Of a stretch of 64,000 nt of DNA, positions 1 to 12,183 are shown piece by piece (position 1 is the stretch's first letter; each line of letters begins with the position of its first letter). Source of the stretch: the human T2T-CHM13v2.0 reference genome, Homo sapiens; the NCBI RefSeq assembly GCF_009914755.1, contig NC_060928.1, one strand, 5' to 3'. Position numbers and translations under genes: made by a program. A model generated the notes under the pieces. The model searched no databases, was not told the origin of the DNA, and was given only the letters and a program-made list of their open reading frames with translations.

Positions 1-233
1 GCCACGGACAGGCCTGACCACAGCTGTGCTCTGCCACCAGGTGTGCAGGAAGCCCTCCCTCGAGGGGCACCTGACCTCGCCCAGAGCACACCGGGGGTCA
101 GGTGGCAGCAGTCCGGCCCGACGCCCATGCAGCCCAGGTCCCTCGACTTGATCCGAGGCAGTGCCTCCTCCACACGGTCGCAAAGAGACCGGCCGGCTTC
201 ACTCTGCCGCCGACGCCAGGAACCCCTACCAAC

Positions 234-240
234 CTGACAT
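234..240 (-). CDS. CTBP1: CtBP1-S start: coding part (ATG TCA G) of the cassette exon; continues in exon 3 outside the window
   Basis: Minus strand reads gagATGTCAG|GTTGGT, a phase-1 GT donor at 233-232. This matches the known CtBP1-S N-terminus MSG(VRPP...). Confidence 0.9.
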
Positions 241-428
241 CTCTTAATATGGGCTCAGCTTCCACGACCATGAATTCGACTTTTCAAAGCTTTTTATCTT
301 CAGGATCCCCAGGCAGAACCGCGTCCTGTCTCGGAGCCTCATCCCACGTCCTTAATTGTCTCGAGCCAAAGTGCTCAGGCTTCTGATCCGCGGCAATCAC
401 TGAAGCCTGCGTCGGGGTCAAAGTCTTA
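234..428 (-). other. CTBP1: CTBP1 alternatively spliced cassette exon 2 (195 nt, mostly 5'UTR)
   Basis: Acceptor tctcttgtgtttgatttttAG|TAAGAC (AG at 430-429); donor CAG|GTTGGT at 233. Confidence 0.85.
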
Positions 429-1800
429 CTAAAAATCAAACACAAGAGACACATTAAAATGCCATCGAAGGTCCGACCAGAACTCACAGACTCCAGGGAA
501 CGCCTCAGAAGTGGACCTCACTGCATCTGCCACACCCGGGACTGCTGTCTGGGACCTACCTGGACTCGGGGGCCTGCTGACAGCCAGGGGCCCCGGCTCC
601 TGCCGCACACACGAAGGGCGCTCACCCTGAGGTTGCAGTGCCAGGCCCGAGGCCGCGCCCCTGTGGCCCCGAGGCCTACTCCTGGGAACAGTCCCCCAGG
701 GCTGCGGCCACCCCCACAGGCTCTAGCCGCATCCAGATGTCCCCAGTGTCCAAGAACCAGGGGGCGGAGGGCACAGGGTGTGTGCTGTGGGCAGGGAAAC
801 TGCGGAAAGGCTCTGCCTCCTGTTCTGGAAGCTTCTATCTCATGTCACTGATTCCCGGGCCTCTGTGACCAGGCAAGGACGTGGAACTTCCCAGGAGCCA
901 CCGGGAGAGGTGCTGCTGGCTTTCCAGCATCCAGCCTGGCACTGCCTGCACTGAGCCGCGCCGGCTCCACCTCCGACCCTCAGTGCATCCTGGCGACGCT
1001 CCCTCAATTCTCCCAAAAAAACTGCTCAGCTCTTCCTGACCGCTACGGCCAGGGCCTGGCGGGAAGCTGAGGGCACGAACCCCAGTGGCTGAATGCACAG
1101 GGGCAGGGGGCCCCTGAGAGGGCCAAGCCTTCCAGTAGAGGCTTGAGAGTGCACACGATCGCCCAGCCCTCGGGAGGGTGTCACTGAGCTGCCCACACCT
1201 GGCCCCTGCTCTGGCATGAAGACACAGCACCAAGGCTGACCCCAACGTGCAGCTGACATCAGGCTGACCAGGACAGGAGCCGGCCACCACCAGCCCAGCA
1301 GCGTGGCAGGCGTGGGCTGAGACGACTGCCTGCCAGGCCAGAAGGGGCCACTCAGCCAAGCCTAAGACCCTGGTAGTGTGCTGTGAGGCCGCCCCTGCGC
1401 AGAGGCCTCGCAGACAAATCTCCAACCCTCAACTCCCTCTGCAGGATTCAAGCATACATGCTGACCATCTCCAGCTTCCAGAGACACCATCACAGGGGCT
1501 GGGGTGCAGCCCCACGCACGCACCTCCCATCCAGGGTCCCCAACACCACTCCTCATGGCAGGTGCTGTGTGGGACTCCCTGACGGAGGGCCCAAGAGCAA
1601 CACTGTGGAGCGGGATCCCCATCACCTGCGCCTGAGCCCCCATGACCTGCGCTGCAGCCTCCTGCCCTGAATGCCAGATCTCCCCATGGTACCCGGATAC
1701 CACATAAAAACAAACTAAAAGGACAGGAGAAAACCGCCTAAATGTCACATTTCACCCACGAGCCAGCCTGGCCAGGGGGCAAGGCACCGCGCCACCCACG

Positions 1801-2130
1801 CCCAGCCAAACTCATCAATGCCAGCCGATACTCATCAACGCCAGCCGATACTCATCAATGCCAGCCGATACTCATCAACGCCAACCGATACTCATCAATG
1901 CCAGCCAATACTCATCAATACTGGCCAAACTCATTGATACGGGCCAATACTCATTGATACCGGCTGATACTCATTGATACCAGTCAATACTCATCAATGC
2001 TACCCACGGTGGCCCAGTACCGGCTGCTGCTCGTCAAGACCGGCCAATACTCAATACTGCCCACAGCAGCATGGCACCAGCCGCTGCTCCTGGAGGATCA
2101 TCGATACCCATCAATGCTGCTCAATGCTTA
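1801..2130. repeat. 20-bp minisatellite (gccagccgatactcatcaat/c) decaying to the right, in CTBP1 intron 1
   Basis: Visible period of 20 from 1801 to ~2000, with degenerate copies beyond. Confidence 0.85.
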
Positions 2131-4449
2131 TCTATACTGGCCAGTACGTGCCCACACCTGTGTCTCTGAGGAGGAAGCAGATGTGTGAAGGCCACCCTGG
2201 CCCTCCTGAAAGGACCCTGCAGTGAGGAGGCCGTGAGCTCCCGAGCTGAGGAACCTGTGGCAGGGCTCCTGGGGCCCTGCACTCCCTGGGCTAGCCCTGC
2301 CAGACCTGAGGGGCTGCACCCCATGCCACAGGGACTTCCTGTGGTTCCTTGTTCCAAGGCTGCTCCAGTTCAGGACAGACACCTGAGGCCCAGCACCTGG
2401 TTCTCCTCCAGGGACCTCTGTCTCAGAAACAGCCCTGGGGTAGGTCTGCCCACCATCTGCACCACCCTGGGGCCACTGTGCACCCACAAAGCGCCCCCTG
2501 CCGGGCCACACCTGCCCCACTGAGAGCCAGTGTCCGAGTCCTGGAGCCCTCACCTAGGGCAATGCCAGAGGCCCTGCGCACCTCACGCCAGGGAGCTGGC
2601 CTCCTACGGCCTTCCTGGCTGGCCGGTCAGGGTCAAGGGCTCCAGCTCTGTACCTTGCCCACACACTCCGAGGTGAAGGCACACGGCTCCCAGAGGGGCC
2701 TGTGCTGTCCAAATCCAGGACCCACACTGCTTTTCCTCATCAAAAACTCACAGCCGCACACGGCTCTCAGCCCAGCGACACGAGGACAGTCTCCAGCTTC
2801 TCACCCTGCAGACGCTTAACCTCATGTTGTAAGAAAGCACTCAAGGGACCCACGAGGGAAGTGAGTGTAGAGCACATGGAAGCTTGTGCTTCCTATTTTC
2901 CTGTAAATCTAAGACTGCTCTAAAACAAAAACTGATTTTAAAGTAAATGGGGGTGAGGTGAGGGGCAGCAGCCCCCAGGTTCTCTGGAGGCATCAAGTCC
3001 CGGGGGGCTGCACGGTGGCGGCCCGATGACCCCAGAGCCTCCTGGCCACATGTCAACGCCCTGTCTCTGGATGCACATCACCATCTGCTTGCCGGATCCT
3101 CCCTCCTGTTGGCCACGCCTGCCCACTCCGCCCCGATCCACGTGTGTGCTGGGCATCGGTCCATTCTGGTCTGGAGAGGGACCGGGTTGCCCCGGCACAC
3201 TGGGGGTCACCATGGGCTGGGACCTGCCCCGATCCAGACAGCCACAGTGGGTCTCTGGGCACTGGGGGGGGGGGGTGTTCCAGGAAGTCCCAGGGGGCAC
3301 CAAGATGCGCCAGGACCAAGCAGCTACCCCTGTTCCTTCCCCAGCCTCAGCACCTGGTCCTCATCCCCGCCTGCTCAGTCCCAGGCTCGGCAGCTACCAA
3401 CCCTCCACGTCCCTCCACTGGCCAGCCCTGCTGGGCCAACCGGTCCGCTCCCCTCCCTCATGACCTCCACCAGGACAGTGTCCCAAAAGCTCCTCCTCAC
3501 CAACCCCATCTTCTTCCCCCTCCCCACAGCAGCCCCTAAAGCCGCTGCCCAGGAAGGGCTCCCCGACCACCAGAAGGGCACCCTAAGGCTGGGTGGTCTC
3601 AGCGGCCCTCACCCTGCCCTGTCCCCATAAGCCCTGATTACTCTGGGCTCGAGTGGCCCTCTCGTGACAAAGCTGCCCTGCCGTGAGTCCCCGGCAGCCA
3701 TCTGGGCATTGGTGAGATGCCCCCTCTGGCTGTCCAGGCCTGGAGGCCCAAAGACTAGGGCCTGGCGGTGCTGCCCAGCCAGGGGCTGACATGAACGAAG
3801 GCTGTGCACAGCCTGACCCGGAGCCTTCCAGTCCTGAGATACAGCCACCTGCCGCCCAGAGAAAACTGAGGCCCTGCCCTGCAATGGCAGAGAAGGCAGG
3901 CCCCCAAGAGGGAGCCGCACAGCAGCATGGAGCCACTGGGCTGAGAGCACGGGGCCAACAGAACCTCCCCCAGACAGACAAGGCCCGTCACCCACAGGTT
4001 GAAACAGCTCCTCCGACGACAGCACCCCAGACAGACACTGCCCAAGTCATCCACGAGCCGATACGGCACCTTGGACGGCAGCATCCCTGTGAACCAGGGA
4101 GCCACCGCACTCCACGGGGCCTGCAGGGCCGCATCACAGCTCAGAGGACACAGCGCAGGGGCTGTGATCAAAGGCATGGATTTGCCAGCAAGATTCCTCT
4201 CCAGGACATCCGTGGAGCCGCACGTTTCCCTGTTTGTTCAGCGAGCACATGCACACAACCTGTGAGCTCCAGGAACCCCCAGAACGCCACCTTCCTGGCT
4301 CCTACCACATGTGGGGTATCAGGGCTACACCTTCCTCCCCTTCCCAACACAGTCTACACACGACACCACTGGAGAGACAGCCTCGGATGCCTCTGAGGCT
4401 CCTGCCAGCCACGCAGACAGGGCAGCCCAGGAGCTCCCACACCACAGAC

Positions 4450-4690
4450 GGGCGGCAGGTCAGGGTGGCACAGGAGGGCACGGTGACACGGGCGGCAGGG
4501 AAGAGTGGCACGGGAGGGCAGGGTGACACGGGCGGCATAGCAGAGTGGCATGGACGGGCAGGGTGACACGGGCGGCAGGGCAGGGTGGCACGGGTGGGCA
4601 GGGTGGCACGGGCGGGCAGGATGGCACAAGCAGGTCAGGGTGGCACGTGTGGGTAGGGTAGCACGGGTAGGCAGGGTGGCTTGGGCCACA
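4450..4690. repeat. G-rich degenerate ~18-bp tandem repeat (cagggtggcacgggcggg)
   Basis: Recurrent gggtggcacggg / gggtgacacgggcggca motifs. Confidence 0.75.
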
Positions 4691-7600
4691 CCAGGCCTGG
4701 AGAGTTAACGGCGGTGCCAGGGGAGGGTGCAGAAGGGGCCTGGTCCCAACACCGCCCACACCTCTCTCAGGGCCATAGCCCCAACGCCTCCCCAACCAAA
4801 CCAACTGGGCTTCCCTCAGGGCCATCCTCACTCTCCTTCAACACCCGTGAGAACTGGTACCACCTGGGGCCGCCCAGAGAGACAACTCAAGGTTAACGTT
4901 TGGCTCGGCAAAGAGCCACCAAGAAATTTCTGGCTTCACAGGGAAAAAAACGAACATTTCCTTGTGGGAGATACCACATGGAATGTGTGGCCGGAGGGGC
5001 TTCTGGAAACGATGGTCAGTGACGCAGGTGGCACCTTGTGGGTTACCACGACCCAGTGCGGGGGAGAGCAGTGGGCTCCGGCCACTGCAGCTGACAATGG
5101 AGGACCCGGGGGTCCAGACACTCCCGGCACAGAGCTCTTACCCACAACTACCAACATCCAGCGACCACCAGAGGACCCTGGCGCTCCACCCGGCGCTCCG
5201 ACCAGCGTTCCCTCGGGCGATGCAGTTCAACCACAGAACCCGTATGACACTGCCTGCTGCCTCTACCACCTCCTGGCCACCCCTGGGCCCTGGGCCAGGC
5301 CTGCACCGTCAGCACCACCTGGATGGAGCCCTCTCCAGCCCCCAGTGGAGTGGGAAACATTAAGTCCTTCTACAAGGAGAGTCAACCGGGGTAAACACCT
5401 CACAGGGCACACACCTTTGACTTGGGCACTGCATGGGGAGCACCAGGGCACAGCCGGGCACAAAGTGCTGCCTGAAGAGTTCTCAGCAACACTAGTGGTG
5501 CCAGCCACACGCCTCTTGGCTCAGTGACACCACCGTCAGCTCAGACCAGGTCACATTCTGGGGGTACTGGCCACAGGAAGTTGAGAGGGCAAGTGACAGT
5601 CAGAGGAGAAAAACCAGAAAAACTGCCAGGCTGGTGGGGAACCAGGTGTGGCTTGACGGCCACCTCTAAGCCCCGAGGGAAGAGACTGGGCCTCTCGAGC
5701 CTGGGGCCCGTTTCCTGGAGAGCATGACTACTTCTGTCCAGGGTTCCTCCAGAAAAAATTTAACAGAATGATGGTTAACAGTTGCTGTCTGCTTACACTA
5801 CAAATGTCCAAAGAGTGGGGGGCTCCCAGCCCTTGGGGGAGGCAGACAGGACGAGCCAGCACTTCCAATCCCACCAGGACATGGCAGGGGGCCGGCTCTG
5901 CGCCAAGCCCACAGGACTGGACCAAGGCTCGTCCCACTCATCAGAGGGACAGGACCAGCCCACAGTCCTGTGCACCCCGGGCCAAGCCTCTCCTCCCCCA
6001 CTGCCACGTTCTCAGGTTAATGACAAGCGAATAAAAGGGAAGATCCTACTCGCTGACATCCCCAACCACACGCCCACCTCTCAGAACTAACAGCTGCCCT
6101 GGTCAAGGCTGACAGGAAGAAGTGCATGTTGGGGACATGGCAGACACCCCAAAAATGGCCGGGCAGGCGGACGAGGCACCCCCAGGAGTGACCAGATGCC
6201 ACCCCCAGTGCGTGTCCCTCCCAGAGCTCTGCAGAGGACGCCTGTATGGAAGCAGGTGCTCAAAGATGGGCAACAGAATCACAGAGAGCAAAAGGCGTCT
6301 GCGGAGCCGACAGCCCCAACCAGGAGCCAAACCCAGACCCCAGAGGGAGGTGGCCAGGCCCGGGCAGGCAGGGGAGACCTGGGAGGCCGGGTGCTGAGGC
6401 CCAGGGCAGAGCCACGCCCTACAAAGTTCCAGGACACAGAAAGGGGGACCCCCAAACCGCAGCTGTCATCCTCAGCTGCAACGGCAAATAGTTACCCCAC
6501 GGTTCTCCCCCAACCCTGCCCCAAGCTGCAGACGGGTACACAGACGCGCAAAGGCCACGCGCTAGGAGCTCAGCGAGGACGGCCGCGGTGCGGGCCCAGC
6601 CGCCAGCGCCGTTTTCTTCCCGAGGGACGTGTGCTCCCTGCCGCGCTCCTACAGAAACGGTGGAGAGGCCGGGGAGGGGGGGGGGGGCTCGGGCTCAACG
6701 GAACACCCTGCGCACCCGCCGCCTCGGCCCTAGCTCCAGGCCCTCTTGCCCCAACTCTCAGGGTTTCACCTCCCCACTCAGGGCACCGGGAAGGGCGCGA
6801 CCGCCTTCCCTTTTCCCCACTGGAAGGGAATTCTGTCCCGGCAATCACGGAGACGACAGCAAAAGGGATCTGGCCCAGGCCGGGCTTCCAGACACCGGCG
6901 CCCTTGGAGGCCGCCAGAGAACGCTCCAGTCTCGGCCCGGGGCTCAGGCGCACGGACTCTGCCTTTGCAGCCGGGTCGAGGGAAAGAGAGGCTCCGCGCA
7001 GCGGCTCGGGCCGGCCCAGGACGCGGGCGCTGCAAGATGGCGATGGTGGCAAGCCCGGCGCCCGCCCGTGCTCCCTGCTTCCGCGGCCGCAGCCCGCGAG
7101 GAAGGCGCCCCGGGACCTGGGCGGGCCCAGGCAAGGGCAGGTGGGGGCGCTGGGCCGGTCCGGGACCTCGCGGAGTTCGCGGGAACGGAGACCCCGGGCC
7201 CTCCCGCGTCACCGCCGGGGGCTGCGCTTTGGGCCCGGTCTGAGGGCAGCGGCCTCCTCCACGGTCATACCCGGCACCCGCGCCCCGTCCCCTTCCCCCA
7301 CAGCGCGCGGCCACGGTCGCCGGCGGCCTCCCCGCGGGAGGCGCGCTCCCGCGAGTGGCCCGGGAGCGCGCGCCCCAGGACACCCCGAGCTGCGCACGGC
7401 TCCCGCCCCATCCCGGCCCCGCAGGCCCAGCCACGGGGTCATGACCGGGGACGGGGTAGCGGCCGGGGATCGGGACCCGGGGTGCCGTCCCGGGTCCGAC
7501 GGGGCTGGGGTCGGTGGAGCTGGGGGTCCGGCGGGGCAGCCCAGAGGCCCACAGGCCCTTTTGTGTCACCTGCACGGGCCGCGGGCGGGGAGAGCAGACT

Positions 7601-7824
7601 GCGGCGCTCGCGCACACGCAGCGGCCCGCGCATGCGCAAGACCCTTCCCGCGGTCCCGCCCCCGACCGCGGCCACGCGCGGACGCCGGCGCGCACGCGCA
7701 CTCGCACACAAAGCCGGCGGCCCGCGGGCGCGCGCTCGGTCCGCCCCCGCGCCCCCCGCCCGCGCGGCACCCGCCCCGCCCCGCCCCCGCCCGCGGCCGG
7801 AAACGCGCGCGCGCGCGGCCTTAC

Positions 7825-7864
7825 CAAGCGGCAGGCCCTTGTTGAGCAAGTGCGAGCTGCCCAT
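7825..7864 (-). CDS. CTBP1: CTBP1 exon 1 coding part (CtBP1-L N-terminus MGSSHLLNKGLPL-G), C-terminal binding protein 1 corepressor
   Basis: ATG at 7864-7862 encodes the known CtBP1-L N-terminus; phase-1 donor CTTG|GTAAGG at 7824. Confidence 0.95.
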
Positions 7865-8400
7865 CGAGAGGCGCGAGCGGCCGCGGGCCCCGACCACTCC
7901 GGCGCGCTGCGCCGCCGCGAGCCCGGCGCGTGGGGCGGCCTCGGCGCCGTCCGCTGCTCCGCCCGCCCGCCTGCGCCTGGCCGCCGCCGTGCCGAGTCTC
8001 CGCCGCGCCGCTGAGCCGCGCTCCGACGACCGCGCGGGCGGGGACACGGCGGCGCGCGCGGGCGGGGCCTCGCGGTTGGTCTCCTGGTTCCCAGCGCGGG
8101 CGGCGCACGGACTCACGCGGGCGGCTTAGGGCCCGCCCGGCCGGGACGCGGCTGCGGGGCGGGGCGGGGCGGGAGCCTGGCGGGAAGCTCGCGGGGCTGC
8201 AGCCCGGCGGAGGCCCCGGGCCTGGTGTTCCGCACGTTCTAAACCGCCTGTCCCCGAGGAAGTCGGGCAGGGTCGGGCCGGACTTAGCGCCGCTGGCGGG
8301 AGCGCCGTCCGCCCCGAGGACCCTGCGGGCCCGGAAGCCGAGACAGGGCCGCCCACGTCAGCGCCTGGCGCGGGCCCGAACGTAAATGGCGCTCCTCCGC

Positions 8401-8436
8401 GCCGCAGCCGCAGCCGCAGCCGCAGCCGCAGCCGCC
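8401..8436 (+). repeat. (GCCGCA)5GCCGCC hexamer repeat
   Basis: Read directly from the sequence. Confidence 0.95.
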
Positions 8437-9500
8437 CCGCTCCCTTCCCGCTCCGCCAGCTGCCGCCGTCCCGCGCTCGCTTCTCGCCCCGCGGCCTGGC
8501 CCGTGCGCCTCCGAGGCTGGCCAGGGGCACCGAGGCCGCGGGTCCCCCATCGCCCCCACCCGAGCCCTGATTTACCGTCCGAGAGCCGGCGGCACATGGG
8601 ACCCCGAGAGGAGAAGCGCGCCTGCCCCAGTGCGTCCCCAGGCGGGGGAGCCCCGACTCCTGGAGGGACCGCGTCCTGCCCGGCCCGGGAAGTTCAGGGC
8701 TGGAGAACCCCCTCCCCGACCCCATTTCTCTTTTAACAAGAGTAGGGTTTGTAGCTAACCAACGTCCTGACAGCTCAGCTCTGCTTTCCCTTTAAGCATT
8801 AATATCAAAGCCCTGCCTGCTACCGGTGAAGCCCCGACCCGGGAGGGCCCGAAAGTCCCTTCAGGGAGAGGCCGCACTGGGCCTGCTCACCCAGGGGCTG
8901 CCCCTGCAGACTCTCCCGAGGGGCCCAGGGATATTCCTCGCGCCGCGAGTGGACGCTTCCATCCACCCCATGGGGAGGGCCTCTGCGCGTGGCTACTCTG
9001 AGCCCTCTGGAATGCCGAGATAGTTGCATAATTTCAGAAACCACGGCATGGAGACGGAATGATGCAGACTCCTATCCGCGAGATACCTGCTGTAATTTCG
9101 CTGTGGTTCGTGAGGACGCGTCCTGGGCTGCCCTGAGAAGCCTACGTCTCCCCTTCGAGGCCCGGGAAGACCTCCAACCCCGCTGACAATGCTGGGCCCT
9201 CAGCCAGACCTGCCCTGCGTGCCACGTTCTGTTCTAAGATCGGGCTGCCGAGCTGTGGCCTGGAGGAAACCTGGCAGGTGTCACCAGAGCTTTGGGGAGG
9301 GTGAGGCCCTGTCGGGGAAGCCCAGTGGGAGTCATGAAGGAGGGAACACGTGTGGAGCCCTTGTAGGGGGAGGGGCAGCCCTGCAGAGATCTAAGAAAAA
9401 ATTCCAGAAAAATGAGCAGCAACCTCCAAGGCCAGGCATCGGTGCAGGGGACAAGGGGTCGTAGCTGGAGGGGCCTAGGTGAGGCTGCCGGGAAGGGACG

Positions 9501-10061
9501 ATGTGGTTGGTGGAGTGCACAGGCAGGGACCTCACTGGACTTTCCTGTCTGCTCGGCATGGACAGGCAGCCCAGGAGAAGGCAGCACGTGGCCGGGTGCA
9601 GGGACGTACCACCCCCACTTCCCCAGGGGAGCTGGGGTCAGACGAGTCCCAGGCACTCCATCCTCTGCAGCAAGTCAGGTTGTGATTTACTAGGGGGTGG
9701 TGAATATAATGGAGAGACTTCTGGGGAGGAATTCCTGGCTCCCGCGTGGACTTGCAGAGCTCAACAGGCAGCCACGTGGCTGAGTGTCCAGCAAACATCA
9801 CATAAGGCTTTGGGTCCTGCAGGTGGGGCTGCCATGAGCAGCAAGCTCAGTCCAGAAGAACAGTTCCTCTCCAGGATCCACTTCCTGCGCACTTTTATGT
9901 GCAGTGTAGCTGGAGCAGAGCTCCCCGGAATTCCACAGGCAACTGAGAACGGAGAGGGATGCAGGCCAGCCAGGGATCCAGCGTCTTCCCCATCGTCACT
10001 CTCCATGGCCTCCGTCTACACACAGTGTTCGTCTGCACAGCTTGTCAGCGCGTTATCATGA
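9501..10061 (+). CDS. CTBP1-DT: 186-aa microprotein DDUP (DNA damage-upregulated protein, former C4orf42 ORF)
   Basis: Intact ATG..TGA ORF of 186 aa with A at -3. Length and the T174-Q175 (ATR/ATM S/TQ) motif agree with my recollection of DDUP. Confirm by BLASTP. Confidence 0.8.
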   Translation: MWLVECTGRDLTGLSCLLGMDRQPRRRQHVAGCRDVPPPLPQGSWGQTSPRHSILCSKSGCDLLGGGEYNGETSGEEFLAPAWTCRAQQAATWLSVQQTSHKALGPAGGAAMSSKLSPEEQFLSRIHFLRTFMCSVAGAELPGIPQATENGEGCRPARDPASSPSSLSMASVYTQCSSAQLVSALS

Positions 10062-10753
10062 CTTCTATTTGGCACCGGCCCGTCTGTCCACTGTCCTGGC
10101 TTGTTCCAAGCGCTGCCTTCTCCAACTGGGGTCCTGGCTGCAGAGCTGTCTGCTCCCCACGTTGGGCAACTCCAGCCAAGATTCCTACACCCAAATGTGA
10201 CCGTGTTGCTCACGAAGAAGGCTCAGCTTTGCGTGTGCCCAGCCGTGTGCACAGCTCGTCCCAACTCCTGCGGGTGGCACCTGCCTCTCCCACCTCCAGT
10301 CTTTCCCCTGTGATGAGCAGATGACCACCGCCCTCCAGGGTCAGCGTTTGGCTGTTTGTGTGCCTGCCCACCCGCCTCCCTGTGCCTGGGCCTGCCCTGT
10401 GCCTGCACACAGGAGTGGCTCATGGCGTTTGCCCTACACGGATGGGCTGTCCTGGGAGCTACTGGACAGTCACCTTGGTGGGAATGCCAGAGGCATGGGC
10501 ATTAGGTCCCCCCGGCCAGCCTCCGTTGCCACATGGGCTATTTTTGTCCATCGCGTGGGACAACCTAGTATTGGGGGAAAACTCAGTCCACTCTAAAGAA
10601 GCATCGGCGTTTTGGATGGACGAATGCTGCTTCATGCGTCTCCATGTCAATGGACTATTTTATTCAACTCGGGTATTTATGAGTGTCTCCTCTGTGCCAG
10701 CCACGTGTGAAAGAAGAACTCCAAGTTACTGGACACCAGGACAAACCAGGTAG

Positions 10754-11367
<614 letters not shown>

Positions 11368-11429
11368 TGACCAGCAAGTAAACTTGAAACAAAAATGGAC
11401 AAATATCTAAAATATTTTTAAATGTATGT

Positions 11430-11895
11430 ATTTTAATTGGCAAATAATACTTGTATATATTGTTTACAACTTGTTTTAAAGTATGAATACATTGTGGAAT
11501 GGCTAAATCAAGTTAATTAACATGCATTAACTCACATACTTTTTGTTTTTTGGTGTGGTGAGGACACTTAACATCTACTCTCTTAGCAATTTTCCAGTCA
11601 CCATGTCCTACTATAGATCCCTAGAACATATTCCTCCAATGTAACTGAAATGTATCCCTTGACCAACATCACTGCCCGGCCCCAGCCCCAGGTAAACACC
11701 ATTCTACCCTCTGCTTCTGTGAGTTCAGCTTTTCTAGATTTCACCTGTGAGTGAGATTGTGCAGCATTTGTCTTTCTGTGCCTGGGTTTTTTCACATAAT
11801 GCCCTTCTGGTTCATCTATATTGTCATATATGGTAGCATTGTCTTCCTTTGTAAGGCTGACTGGTATACCATTGCGTATATACACCACATTGTTT
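11430..11895 (-). mobile_element. L1M(A) 3' end fragment
   Basis: L1 3'UTR/ORF2-end-like sequence (ccattctaccctctgcttctgtgagttcagc; antisense translation YDNIDEPEGH). Confidence 0.75.
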
Positions 11896-12183
11896 ACCTA
11901 AAATATTTTTTAATACAATCGCTGAAAACTGCCACATAACTTGTATAACTGCTGTAAGGCTTGGTTTTCAGCCATAAGATGGGAAGAGAAGTAACATCTA
12001 CCTTGCAGGATGACTGCAAGCTGTAAAATGCCACAAAGCGCAGGGGAGCCCAGAACCGCCGCAGCAGGACAGGTCCTCTGGAAGCAGACAGACCTGCCTT
12101 GTTACTTTAGCCATCCAGAGTCCAGTTTAGCCAGTGATGAAATGAGTACAAAAGAACACCTTTCTTGTAGGATTGCAAAATGA

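Larger units (their letters stand above)
6540..9200. promoter_or_regulatory. CpG island / bidirectional promoter of CTBP1 (-) and CTBP1-DT (+)
   Basis: Very high GC and CpG density. Perfect NRF1 palindrome GCGCATGCGC 7628-7637; tandem GC boxes 8156-8173; CCACGTCA 8353-8360; YY1-like AAATGGCG 8384-8391 and AAGATGGCG ~7034-7042. Confidence 0.9.

Noticed and set aside
4727-5527. 266-aa plus-strand ORF in CTBP1 intron 1
   Set aside because: GTG start, antisense to CTBP1, GC-rich, no recognisable homology or supporting splice structure.
7439-8116. 225-aa minus ORF containing MGSSHLLNKGLPLG
   Set aside because: Only 7825-7864 is coding; the rest is 5'UTR (GTG start) and intron read-through past the GTAAGG donor.
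6196-8129. Long ORFs of 549 aa and 513 aa (+) and 349 aa (-)
   Set aside because: They span the CpG island, are Arg/Pro/Ala/Gly low-complexity and are open in several frames because of GC content. No recognisable domain.
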